The translations under genes and the position numbers were made by a program. Of a stretch of DNA of 20,844 nucleotides, positions 1-8,436 are shown piece after piece. The notes beneath the pieces are model-generated. The model was not told the origin of the DNA. It saw only the letters and a list, made by a program, of their open reading frames with translations, and did not search any database. Origin of the DNA: Candidatus Xenobia bacterium (GTDB lineage: Bacteria; Vulcanimicrobiota; Xenobia; Xenobiales; QWHO01); the NCBI GenBank assembly GCA_045863235.1, contig BTUM01000116.1, positions 1 to 20,844 on the forward strand, written 5' to 3'. The first letter of the stretch is position 1, and every line of letters starts with the position of its first letter.

Positions 1-1
1 C

Positions 2-496
2 TTCGCGCCCCCGGCGCCGGCGGCTGACTTCGGCCAGTCCAGCTTCGCGCCCCCGGCGCCCGCGGCTGACTTCGGCCAGTCCAGCTTCGCGCCCCCGGCG
101 CCCGCGGCTGACTTCGGTCAGTCCAGCTTCCCGGCCCCAACGACCGACTTTGGCGCTCCCGCGCCTGCGGCCGACTTCGGTCAGTCTGGTTTCCCGGCCC
201 CGACGACCGACTTTGGCGCTCCCGCGCCTGCGGCCGACTTCGGTCAGTCTGGTTTCGCATCCCCAACCAGCGACTTTGGCGCTCCCGCGCCTGCGGCCGA
301 CTTCGGCCAGTCGGGTTTCGCATCCCCAGCGAGCGACTTTGGCGCTCCCGCACCGGCGGCCGACTTCGGTCAGTCCGGCTTCCCCGCCCCAACGACCGAC
401 TTTGGCGCTCCCGCGCCGGCGGCCGACTTCGGCCAGTCCGGCTTCCCCGCCCCAACGACCGACTTTGGCGCTCCCGCGCCGGCGGCCGACTTCGGG
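2..496 (+). repeat. Coding tandem repeats: 3 x 42 bp (FAPPAPAADFGQSS), then ~6 x 63 bp (FPAPTTDFGAPAPAADFGQSG)
   Basis: 42-bp units start at 2, 44 and 86. 63-bp units start at 128, 191, 254, 317, 380 and 443 (last one partial). Unit lengths are multiples of 3 and most differences are synonymous. Degenerate [DE]FG copies continue to ~1340. Confidence 0.93.
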
Positions 497-3400
497 TCCA
501 GTTTTCCCCCCCCGGCGCCTGCGGCCGACTTCGGCCAGTCCAGCTTCCCCCCCCCGGCGCCGGCCTCCGACTTCGGCCAGTCCGGCTTCGCCGCCCCCCC
601 GGCGACCGACTTCGGCCAGTCTGGCTTCGCCCCCCCGGCGGCCGACTTTGGCGCTCCCGCGCCGGCGGCTGACCTCAGTCCATCTCCGGCGGCCGAGTTC
701 GGCTCCTCCTTCGGTGTCCCCCCGGCGGACTTCGGCGCCCCGCCAGCAGCCGATTTCGGCTCCAGCTTTGGTGCCCCTCCGGCGGCCGAATTTGGCTCCA
801 CCTTCGGGGCCCCGACCGGCGAGTTCGGCCAGGCCACTTTCGGCTCCACTGAGCCGGTAGCCGAGGCGCCTGCCAGCGACTTCGGCTCCCCCTTTGGCGC
901 CACGCCCACCTCGGACTTCGAAGCCGCTCCCTCCGCCTTTGGCGCGCCTTTTGGCGAGAGTGGCTTTGGTGCTCCTCCCGAGGCCTCCGCGCCGCCCGAC
1001 TTCGGATTCAACGCTCCTCCCGCGAGCGAAGCCGAGTTTGGCTCCTTCCAGATGCCCTCCGTTCCGGGGGCTGACGCGGCTGTGCCCGAGGCCCCCTTTG
1101 GCGGTCCCACCGGCTTTGGGACCTTCCCTGAAGTGGGTGAGCCAGGCGGCTTCTCGGGTGGCTCCACCTTTGGCGAGCCCGGTGAGGTTGCGCCCGCCAG
1201 TCCCGAGGGCTTTGCTGCCGACAACACCTTCGGCGCGCCCTTCGGGGCCGAGTTCACCGCGCCCGAGTCGGCCTTCGACTCCGAGCCTGCTGGCCCGGCC
1301 CAGTTCGAGTCCGAGCCGGCCGAAGTGGCCTTCGGAGACAACCCGTTCGCCACGTCCGCCGCCCCCGCCATGGACTTCCAACTCGACCTGCCTCCACTGC
1401 CTGTCGTGCCTCTCGTGCCCCCGGTCACCGAGCACGGTCCGGCCGCTGGTCAGCTGTGGAGTCCTCCGCCTCTGCTCTATCTCAAGGACCAGGCTCTGCG
1501 CGACAGCATCAAGGGTCAGCTCGAGCTGCCTCCCAACTCTGGCGTCTTCGCCTGGGAGCCCCTCCCGCGCGTGGACAGCGCTTATCTCGAGGAGGTGGCT
1601 GCCCAGCACCAGATCATCCTGAAGGCCAGCAAGCAGGCCGCGGCCATGCCCACCCCGGGCAGCTGGGCCGTGGGCTCGGCCTTCGGCGAGAGCTCTGCTG
1701 CCGTTTCGGGCGGCAGCTTCCTCGAGCGCGTGCAACTGGCCGGCGGCCGTAAGGCCGAGGCGGCTGGAGGCGCCGCTCGCAGTGTCGAGGGCGGAACTCT
1801 GGCCGAGCGCCTGGCCGCCCGCCAGAAAGCCGAGCAGGAGGCCGCTGAGGCGGTCCATCCGGAGTTGCTGCCCCCGCAGGTGGAGGCCCCTCTCGAGCTG
1901 TCCGTGCCCGAGGTCGCGCCCGAGCTGGCTCTGGCTCTGGAAGTGCCTCAGCTGGAAGTCCCCCAGCCCGAGCCCCTGGCCCTCGAGCTCCCGTCAGAGC
2001 CCGTCGTTCTCCAGGAGCCCGAGCCCGAGATCCCGCAGCCCGAGCCTGAGCCGGAGCCCGAGCCCGAGGTGCTCGTCTCCCTCAGCATCGAGCAGGAGTC
2101 TCCCGCCGACCACGTGGCCCGCAGCCAGGAGATCCGCAACCAGGCTCAAGATCTGGATGTCACCACGGCCATCAACCTCTACCGCCGGGCCATCGAGGAG
2201 CAGCCCGAGAACCTCGTGCTGCGCACCGACCTGGCCGACATCCATATGAACTATGGCCTGCTCGACGACGCGGTGGTCCAGTACCGCCAGATCGTCATGC
2301 GCAAGCCCCAGTCGGTCAGCCTGCGGCACAAGCTGATTCAGGCTCACCTTTGGAACGACAACTTCGACGAGGCGGCGGCGACTCTGATCGAGGTGGCCGA
2401 CATCCTGATCGAGCACAAGATGAACCAGGAAGCGCTCGACTCCCTGCAGATCGTGCTCAGTCTCGACCCGCACCATTTCGAGGCTCGTCACAAGCTGGTG
2501 GACCGCTTCAACCAGATGGGTCAGAGTAATCTCGCGGCCCACCATCTGCGCCAGCTGGCCGAGGGCGCCCTCACCAAGGGCAACGTCGAGCTGGCCATCA
2601 GCGCGTTCAACCAGCTCATGGAGATCTCCGACGATCCCAGCCTGGAAGATCGCCTGGCCCAGGTCTACGAGTCCCAGGGCAATCAGGAAGAGGCCCTGCG
2701 CCACCTGCGCAACCTCAGCCATCGCTACCAGGAAGCGCAGCGCTGGGAGGACGCGGCCAACGTCACCGAGCGCATCATCGCCCAGGACCCCGACAACCTG
2801 GAGATGCGCCGCAGCCTGATCGCTACCTACGAAGGGCTCAAGTGGCACGACAAGGTGGTTGCCCAGCAGTTCGAGCTGGCCAACTTCTACTATCGCCAGG
2901 GCGACCTCAACCAGGCCCTGGAGCTTTTCGAGACCGTGGTCCAGAGCCGTCCGGACTTCCACGAGGCCCGTCGCGGCCTGGCCGACGTTTACCTGGACGT
3001 GGGCCGCATCGAAGAAGCCATCAAGCACACCGACACGTTGACCCAGCACTATCTGGCCACCATGGATCACCAGACCGCCATCGCGCTCTACGCGCGCCTG
3101 GTGGATGCGCTGCCCGAGAACACCGAGTTGCGCGAGAAGCTGATCAAGTTCTACGAGGTCGCTCAGGACCCGCAGAACGCCCTGGCCCAGTGGCTGATCC
3201 TGGCCGAGTTGCACGAGCAGAACGCCCGCCACGAGCAGGCCGTCACCGCCTATCGCAAGGCGCTCGACCTGGACGAGTCGCGCGACGACCTGCACTATCG
3301 GCTGGCCCTGCTCTACTCCGACCCGCTCTCCAATCCGACCGCAGCTCTGCAAGAGCTGCAGCGCGTGCACGAGCTCAACCCCGGGCACGTGGACGCCATG

Positions 3401-3961
3401 GAGCGCTACGTGCGGATGCTGCTCGCCTCTGGCAAGGCCAAAGAGGGCTCGGAAGTCATCTTGAAGCTGGAGAAAGCCAACAAGAACGGGGCTCGCGTGC
3501 GCCAGTCCGTGCTCGACGAGTTCCGAGACAAGATCGAGGCCGATCCCACCGACCTTCGCACTCGTTTCACCTATGGCGAGACCTGCTTCCACCTGCAGGC
3601 CCTGGACATGGCCATCGAGCAGTTCCAGTTCACCCGCCGCGATCAGGCTTACGAGCTACCTTCCTACAACATGCTCGGGATGTGCTTTGCCGAGAAGACC
3701 GGCTTCAACATGCTCGACCTTGCGATCAAGCAGTTCCGCAAGGGCCTCGAGACCAAGGGCCACTCCGAGCAGGACTATCTGGAGCTTCGCTACAACCTGG
3801 CCATGCTCCAGTACCGCAACAATCGTCTCCAGGAAGCTCTGCAGGAGCTGAAAGACTGTTATGCGGTGGACATCGCCTATCGCGACGTGCGCGAGTGGAT
3901 ACGCCGCATCGAGTCCGAGATCGCCGGTGGACCCAAGGTTCCGCCCAGCCGCTTGAAGTAA
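2..3961 (+). CDS. Large TPR protein (5'-partial, at least 1319 aa): FG-repeat low-complexity N-terminal region, Glu/Pro linker, TPR solenoid, SgmX-like C-terminal TPR cap
   Basis: I translated the frame of ORF 1052..3961 back to base 2 without meeting a stop (FAPPAPAADFGQSSF...), so the real start lies upstream of the window. TPR-like helical pairs run from ~2110 (e.g. AINLYRRAIEEQPENLVLRTDLADIH). The protein ends ...LRYNLAMLQY...CYAVDIAYRDVREWI. Confidence 0.9.
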   Translation, partial: FAPPAPAADFGQSSFAPPAPAADFGQSSFAPPAPAADFGQSSFPAPTTDFGAPAPAADFGQSGFPAPTTDFGAPAPAADFGQSGFASPTSDFGAPAPAADFGQSGFASPASDFGAPAPAADFGQSGFPAPTTDFGAPAPAADFGQSGFPAPTTDFGAPAPAADFGSSFPPPAPAADFGQSSFPPPAPASDFGQSGFAAPPATDFGQSGFAPPAADFGAPAPAADLSPSPAAEFGSSFGVPPADFGAPPAADFGSSFGAPPAAEFGSTFGAPTGEFGQATFGSTEPVAEAPASDFGSPFGATPTSDFEAAPSAFGAPFGESGFGAPPEASAPPDFGFNAPPASEAEFGSFQMPSVPGADAAVPEAPFGGPTGFGTFPEVGEPGGFSGGSTFGEPGEVAPASPEGFAADNTFGAPFGAEFTAPESAFDSEPAGPAQFESEPAEVAFGDNPFATSAAPAMDFQLDLPPLPVVPLVPPVTEHGPAAGQLWSPPPLLYLKDQALRDSIKGQLELPPNSGVFAWEPLPRVDSAYLEEVAAQHQIILKASKQAAAMPTPGSWAVGSAFGESSAAVSGGSFLERVQLAGGRKAEAAGGAARSVEGGTLAERLAARQKAEQEAAEAVHPELLPPQVEAPLELSVPEVAPELALALEVPQLEVPQPEPLALELPSEPVVLQEPEPEIPQPEPEPEPEPEVLVSLSIEQESPADHVARSQEIRNQAQDLDVTTAINLYRRAIEEQPENLVLRTDLADIHMNYGLLDDAVVQYRQIVMRKPQSVSLRHKLIQAHLWNDNFDEAAATLIEVADILIEHKMNQEALDSLQIVLSLDPHHFEARHKLVDRFNQMGQSNLAAHHLRQLAEGALTKGNVELAISAFNQLMEISDDPSLEDRLAQVYESQGNQEEALRHLRNLSHRYQEAQRWEDAANVTERIIAQDPDNLEMRRSLIATYEGLKWHDKVVAQQFELANFYYRQGDLNQALELFETVVQSRPDFHEARRGLADVYLDVGRIEEAIKHTDTLTQHYLATMDHQTAIALYARLVDALPENTELREKLIKFYEVAQDPQNALAQWLILAELHEQNARHEQAVTAYRKALDLDESRDDLHYRLALLYSDPLSNPTAALQELQRVHELNPGHVDAMERYVRMLLASGKAKEGSEVILKLEKANKNGARVRQSVLDEFRDKIEADPTDLRTRFTYGETCFHLQALDMAIEQFQFTRRDQAYELPSYNMLGMCFAEKTGFNMLDLAIKQFRKGLETKGHSEQDYLELRYNLAMLQYRNNRLQEALQELKDCYAVDIAYRDVREWIRRIESEIAGGPKVPPSRLK

Positions 3962-3976
3962 CGGAGAGAGCGTACC

Positions 3977-6900
3977 ATGGCCGACAACACCCTTGAGCAG
4001 TGGATTCAGCACGCCGACGCCCTCGCCACCCAGGGACGCTGGGACGATGCGCTGGCGGTCTATCACCGCATCCTCGAGCACGACCCGCGCAATCTGGACG
4101 TGCGCGAGCGCGTCATCAGCATCTCCATCAAGAAGGCTGACTATCAGGAGGTCATCCACCAGCACATGACCTGCGCCGAGATCTTCCGCGTGGACGGCGA
4201 TCCCGAAGCGGCCATCGACTGCTACGACAAGATCCTGCGCCTGGAAGAGACCGTCCAGAACAAGGGAGCCGCCATCAAGCCCGGTCAGGGCGATGATCTC
4301 AGCCACGTGCAGGCCCTGGTGGGCCAGTTCAAGCCCGAGATCTTCTACCAGATCGGTCGCTTCAACCTCGAGCGTCAGGCCGTGGACGTGGCCTTGCAGT
4401 ACCTGCGCAAGAGCCACGAGCTGCACCCGGGCCGCTGGCAGACCCACATGGCCCTGGGCCAGGCCTACATGGAGAAAGAGCTCGACAAGGAAGCCATCGG
4501 CGAGTTCCAGGAGGTCTTGCGCCTGGCCCCCGAGGAGTCGGCGCAGGCCTACGAGATGCTGGGCGAGGTCTTCGTGCGCCAGGGCCGCTCGCCCCACACC
4601 ACCATGGTGTGGTTCCAGCACGCCGGCGAGTTCTACCTCAAGAAGGGCCAGCTCGACGACGCCGTGCGCACTTATGAGCGCATCCTCACCCTCGACCCGA
4701 GCAACCGCGACATCATCAACCATCTCGGCGAGCTCTACCTCAAGCAGGGTGCCCGTGAGAAGGCCGTTCAGGTCTACTTCACCCTGGCCCAGATGTACGA
4801 GCCCGAGGGAGTGCTCGACAAGGTCCTCCAGCTTTACGAGAACATCATCCAGCTCGATCCTGGTAACGAGCACGCTCGCAACAAGCTGATCGCCATTTAC
4901 CAGGGCATCGTCGAGCGCGACCCCTCCAACTTCGGCATGCGCATGCGATTGATCGAGGCTTTGCAGCAGCGTGGCATGACCGCCGAGGCCGTGCGCCACT
5001 ACTTCGCCATCGCCCAGAGCCACATCGAGCGCGGCATGCTCGACGACGCCGTCAAGGTCTCGCGCAAGCTGCTCGAGCTCGACCCCAACAACGTCCAGGC
5101 CCGCGAGATCCTGGGCGACATCTACCTCAAGAAGGACATGCCCCAGGAGTCCATGGACATGTTCCAGCAGGTGGTCAAGATCCACCGTGCCCGGGGCGAC
5201 GAGAACGCGGCCCTGGAGGCCCAGCAACGCCTCATTCAGCTCTTCCCTCAGGCCTCCGAGCTGATCTACCAGGTGGCCATCTCGCTCAAAGAGCAAGGCA
5301 ACTACCAGGGGGCTCTGCACGAGCTCGAGCGCATCCTGGCCGACAAGCCCACCGACATGGCCGCCCACGTCTACCGCTCCGAGTGCTTGCGCGCGCTCAA
5401 CAAGTTCCCCGAGGCCATCCAGGCTTACGCCCACATCCTGACGGCCGACCCTTACAACGTGGATGTGCGCAAGAACCTCATCGACGCCCTGATCGTCATC
5501 CAGCGGCCCGACGACGCCTCCATCCAGGTGGATCAACTGGTCCAGCTCAAGGTGCCCGAGCCCGAGCGCCTCACCTACCGCCACCGCATCCTGCAGTTGC
5601 ACCTGGACAAGAACAACCTCGAGAAGTTCGAGCTCGAGCTCAAGAAGCTGCCCGACCAGGACGAGCAGAAGCTGGTCTTCCACAAGGAGATGGTCAAGCG
5701 CTATCTCGACGCCGGCAACCTGGAGAAGGCCTTTGAGGGTCTGCCGCAGATCCCGCGCTCGGACCGCGAGCGCAACCGCCTGGTCACCCGGATGCTCGAG
5801 ATCCCGCTGGCCAGCGGGGACCTTGAGACAGCCGCGGCGGCCATCTACCGCCTGCCCGAGGACGATCCTCTGCGCCTCTCCTTCCAGCGCCGCCTGGTGC
5901 TGAGCTATCTCGACGCCGGCCGGCTCGACGAGGCTGCCTCCGAGTGCAACCGCCTGCCCGAGAACGACGAGGCTCGTCCCGGCTTCACCCAGCGCCTGAT
6001 CGCCGCATTTTTGCAGAGCGGTCGGCTGGATCAGGCCACCGAGGAGATCAACCGCCTGGCCGAGGGCGATCCTTTGCGCATCTCCTTCATGGGGCAGCTG
6101 ATCGAGGCCTATCTGTCGGCCGGCGACCTGGATCGGGCCGCCCAGGAGGTCGCCCGGCTCGACGCCGCCGACGAGATTCGGCCCCAGTACGGGCGCCGCA
6201 TCATCCAGGCCTACCTCAATGCCGGTCGCTTCGAGGAGGCCGAGCGCGACATCTTCGCCCTGGACGACGAGGACCCCGAGAAGCGCTCCTTCCTGCGCCT
6301 GCTGGCTCAGAAGTTCCTCACCATGGGCGAGCTCGAGCGCATGCGCGAGATTGTCATGAAGATGCCCGACGACATGGAGGAGAAGCACCAGTACCTCGAC
6401 GGTCTGGTGCACAACTACCTCGACCAGGGCGACCTGGTGCGGGCCCGGGCCGAGATCTACCACATGGCCGAGATGGTCAGCGGCCAGGGCAACCACCAGG
6501 AGGCCGAGCGTCTCTATCGCGAGATCCTGGCCTACCATCCCGGCGATGTCGAGATCCGCCTGCGCTTGTCCCAGGAGATCGCCGCTCAGGGCGAGATGGA
6601 GCGCGCCCGCGAGGGGATGCTGGTGCTGGCCGGCCGTTTCCATCGAGAGGGGAATGCCACCAGCGCGGCCGACATTTACACCCGCATCCTCGACCTTGAC
6701 CCGCGCAACCTCAATGCCCGCTACAAGCTGGGCTCGCTCTGGGCCCAGCAGGGCCAGACCGCGCAGGCACTGGAGCAGTTCTCCACCCTGGCCAAGGTCT
6801 ACCTCGAGCAGAACCTGCACGAGGTGGCCCAGCGGGTGCTCTATCGCATCCTCAAGCTCGACCCCAAGGACATTCCTCACCGGCGCCAGATGATCGGCCT

Positions 6901-8425
6901 TCTGATCCGCAATCTGCGCTTTGACGACGCGACCAAGCATTACCGCCAGCTCATGACGATCTACCTCGAGCGGGGCGAGGTCGACGAGGCCCTCAGCTGC
7001 GTGCGCGAGATCATCAACCTGCAGCCGCTCAACCTCGAGCTTCGTCAGTCGCTGGGCGTCATGTTTCTCAAGGCCGGCTTCCTCGAGCAGGGCCAGAACC
7101 TGCTCGAAGAGCTGTTCCAGAGCTATCGCGAGAAGAACGACGTGGAGCGCCAGCTCAAGACCCTGGGCACCCTGGTGGAGTCCTTCGAGGAGAACGAGCA
7201 GTGGGAGAGCGCTCTTGAGTATCGCGAGCGGGTGGCCGACCTTTTGCGCGACACCGAGCAGTGGCCGCGCGCGCAAGCCGAGTACCTTCACATCCTGCAG
7301 GGTTACCTGAATCGGGGCCATAAGGAGCAGGCCGATCCCATCTTCGTCAAGATGATCGACGGCGCGTTCCGCGACCGTTCGGTGCACGAGTTGATCCATG
7401 TGCTCGAGTCGCTCGAGGAGCAGTTGCGCGAGTCCGACCGTCCGGCTGTGGCCCTGGTCGTGCGCGAGCGCCTGGCCACGGTCATGGAGCGCATGGACGA
7501 TTGGGATCGGGCCCTGGCCTTGCTCGACTCGGTCTCCAACCTCTACCTCGAGATGGGCGACGTCGAGCAGGGTCTCACCTTCCGCCGTCGCGCCGCCGAT
7601 CTGGCCCTCAGCCACGAGCGCACCGACCAGGGCATCGAGCACCTTTTCCTGCTGGCCCAGTCGCTCATCGAGCAGCGGGGCCTGGAGGCGGCCCGTCCCG
7701 TGCTGGACGAGCTGCGCCGGACGGCAGCCGGCGACGTTCGCTTCCTGGAGCGCGTGGCCGACGTGGTCTTCAGCCAGGGACTCTTCGAGGAGGCGCGTCC
7801 CATCTACCACGAGGTGCTCGAGATGGAGCCGGGACGCCCCGAAGCCCTCTCTCGGATCGCCATCATCTATGCCCGCGAGGGCCGGCTGGAAGAGGCTGCC
7901 GGAGTGGCCAAGCAGATCTTTGCCAAGGGCCTGGTGCCTATGATCATCGAGGAATACAAGCACGTCACCGGCTACAAGCCTCACGACGCCGGCTCTCACA
8001 TCCGCCTGGGCCAGTTCTACCAGCAGCTCGGCTTCCTGGAGGAGGCCATCTCCGAATTCCTGGCCGCCTCTCAAGACCCGGCCAAGTTGCTCTTGTCCTA
8101 CAACCACCTGGCCCTCTGCTTCAGCCAGCAGGGCTATCGCAAGCTGGCCATCCGCCAGTTGCAGAAGGCGCTCGACCTGCCAGGTTTCGAGGAGGAGGAC
8201 CTGCTCGAGACCCGGTTCAACATGGCCAACGCGCTCGAGGAGGAGGGCCTCCACAAGGAAGCGCTGGGTGCCTTCCAGGAGTGCTATGCGGTGGATATTC
8301 GCTACCGCGACGTGGCCCAGCGCATCGAGCGGATCCTGGAGATCATGCAATCGAACGGGGGAGGGAGCGGGGAAATGCAAGCTGACGGTCCTCCCGAGGA
8401 GGACCTGGAAGGCCTGATGGGGTAA
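3977..8425 (+). CDS. Very large TPR protein (1482 aa) with an SgmX-like C-terminal cap and an internal 34-aa repeat array
   Basis: ATG preceded by a GGAGAG SD-like motif, 15 nt after the previous stop. Dozens of TPR-like units (e.g. DDALAVYHRILEHDPRNLDVR). The C-terminus SHIRLGQFY...SYNHLALCF...TRFNMANAL...CYAVDIRYRDVAQRI parallels that of the upstream protein. Confidence 0.93.
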   Translation: MADNTLEQWIQHADALATQGRWDDALAVYHRILEHDPRNLDVRERVISISIKKADYQEVIHQHMTCAEIFRVDGDPEAAIDCYDKILRLEETVQNKGAAIKPGQGDDLSHVQALVGQFKPEIFYQIGRFNLERQAVDVALQYLRKSHELHPGRWQTHMALGQAYMEKELDKEAIGEFQEVLRLAPEESAQAYEMLGEVFVRQGRSPHTTMVWFQHAGEFYLKKGQLDDAVRTYERILTLDPSNRDIINHLGELYLKQGAREKAVQVYFTLAQMYEPEGVLDKVLQLYENIIQLDPGNEHARNKLIAIYQGIVERDPSNFGMRMRLIEALQQRGMTAEAVRHYFAIAQSHIERGMLDDAVKVSRKLLELDPNNVQAREILGDIYLKKDMPQESMDMFQQVVKIHRARGDENAALEAQQRLIQLFPQASELIYQVAISLKEQGNYQGALHELERILADKPTDMAAHVYRSECLRALNKFPEAIQAYAHILTADPYNVDVRKNLIDALIVIQRPDDASIQVDQLVQLKVPEPERLTYRHRILQLHLDKNNLEKFELELKKLPDQDEQKLVFHKEMVKRYLDAGNLEKAFEGLPQIPRSDRERNRLVTRMLEIPLASGDLETAAAAIYRLPEDDPLRLSFQRRLVLSYLDAGRLDEAASECNRLPENDEARPGFTQRLIAAFLQSGRLDQATEEINRLAEGDPLRISFMGQLIEAYLSAGDLDRAAQEVARLDAADEIRPQYGRRIIQAYLNAGRFEEAERDIFALDDEDPEKRSFLRLLAQKFLTMGELERMREIVMKMPDDMEEKHQYLDGLVHNYLDQGDLVRARAEIYHMAEMVSGQGNHQEAERLYREILAYHPGDVEIRLRLSQEIAAQGEMERAREGMLVLAGRFHREGNATSAADIYTRILDLDPRNLNARYKLGSLWAQQGQTAQALEQFSTLAKVYLEQNLHEVAQRVLYRILKLDPKDIPHRRQMIGLLIRNLRFDDATKHYRQLMTIYLERGEVDEALSCVREIINLQPLNLELRQSLGVMFLKAGFLEQGQNLLEELFQSYREKNDVERQLKTLGTLVESFEENEQWESALEYRERVADLLRDTEQWPRAQAEYLHILQGYLNRGHKEQADPIFVKMIDGAFRDRSVHELIHVLESLEEQLRESDRPAVALVVRERLATVMERMDDWDRALALLDSVSNLYLEMGDVEQGLTFRRRAADLALSHERTDQGIEHLFLLAQSLIEQRGLEAARPVLDELRRTAAGDVRFLERVADVVFSQGLFEEARPIYHEVLEMEPGRPEALSRIAIIYAREGRLEEAAGVAKQIFAKGLVPMIIEEYKHVTGYKPHDAGSHIRLGQFYQQLGFLEEAISEFLAASQDPAKLLLSYNHLALCFSQQGYRKLAIRQLQKALDLPGFEEEDLLETRFNMANALEEEGLHKEALGAFQECYAVDIRYRDVAQRIERILEIMQSNGGGSGEMQADGPPEEDLEGLMG
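5648..6463 (+). repeat. Eight exactly periodic 34-aa (102-bp) protein repeats, consensus LPxxDxxRxxFxxxLIxAYLxAGxLDxAxxEIxR
   Basis: Units begin LPDQD (5648), IPRSD, LPEDD, LPEND, LAEGD, LDAAD, LDDED and MPDDM (6362 = 5648 + 7 x 102), with no indels. Confidence 0.85.
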
Positions 8426-8436
8426 CATCACTTCCA

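Noticed and set aside
2..496. Tandem repeats as a CRISPR array or non-coding VNTR
   Set aside because: Units abut with no unique spacers, have lengths divisible by 3, vary mainly at synonymous positions and lie in an open frame. No cas genes are present.
150..1622. Track ORFs 150..860 (+), 370..1428 (-) and 894..1622 (+)
   Set aside because: Alternative-frame or antisense readings of the FG-repeat region. The frame continuous with the TPR protein is the credible one.
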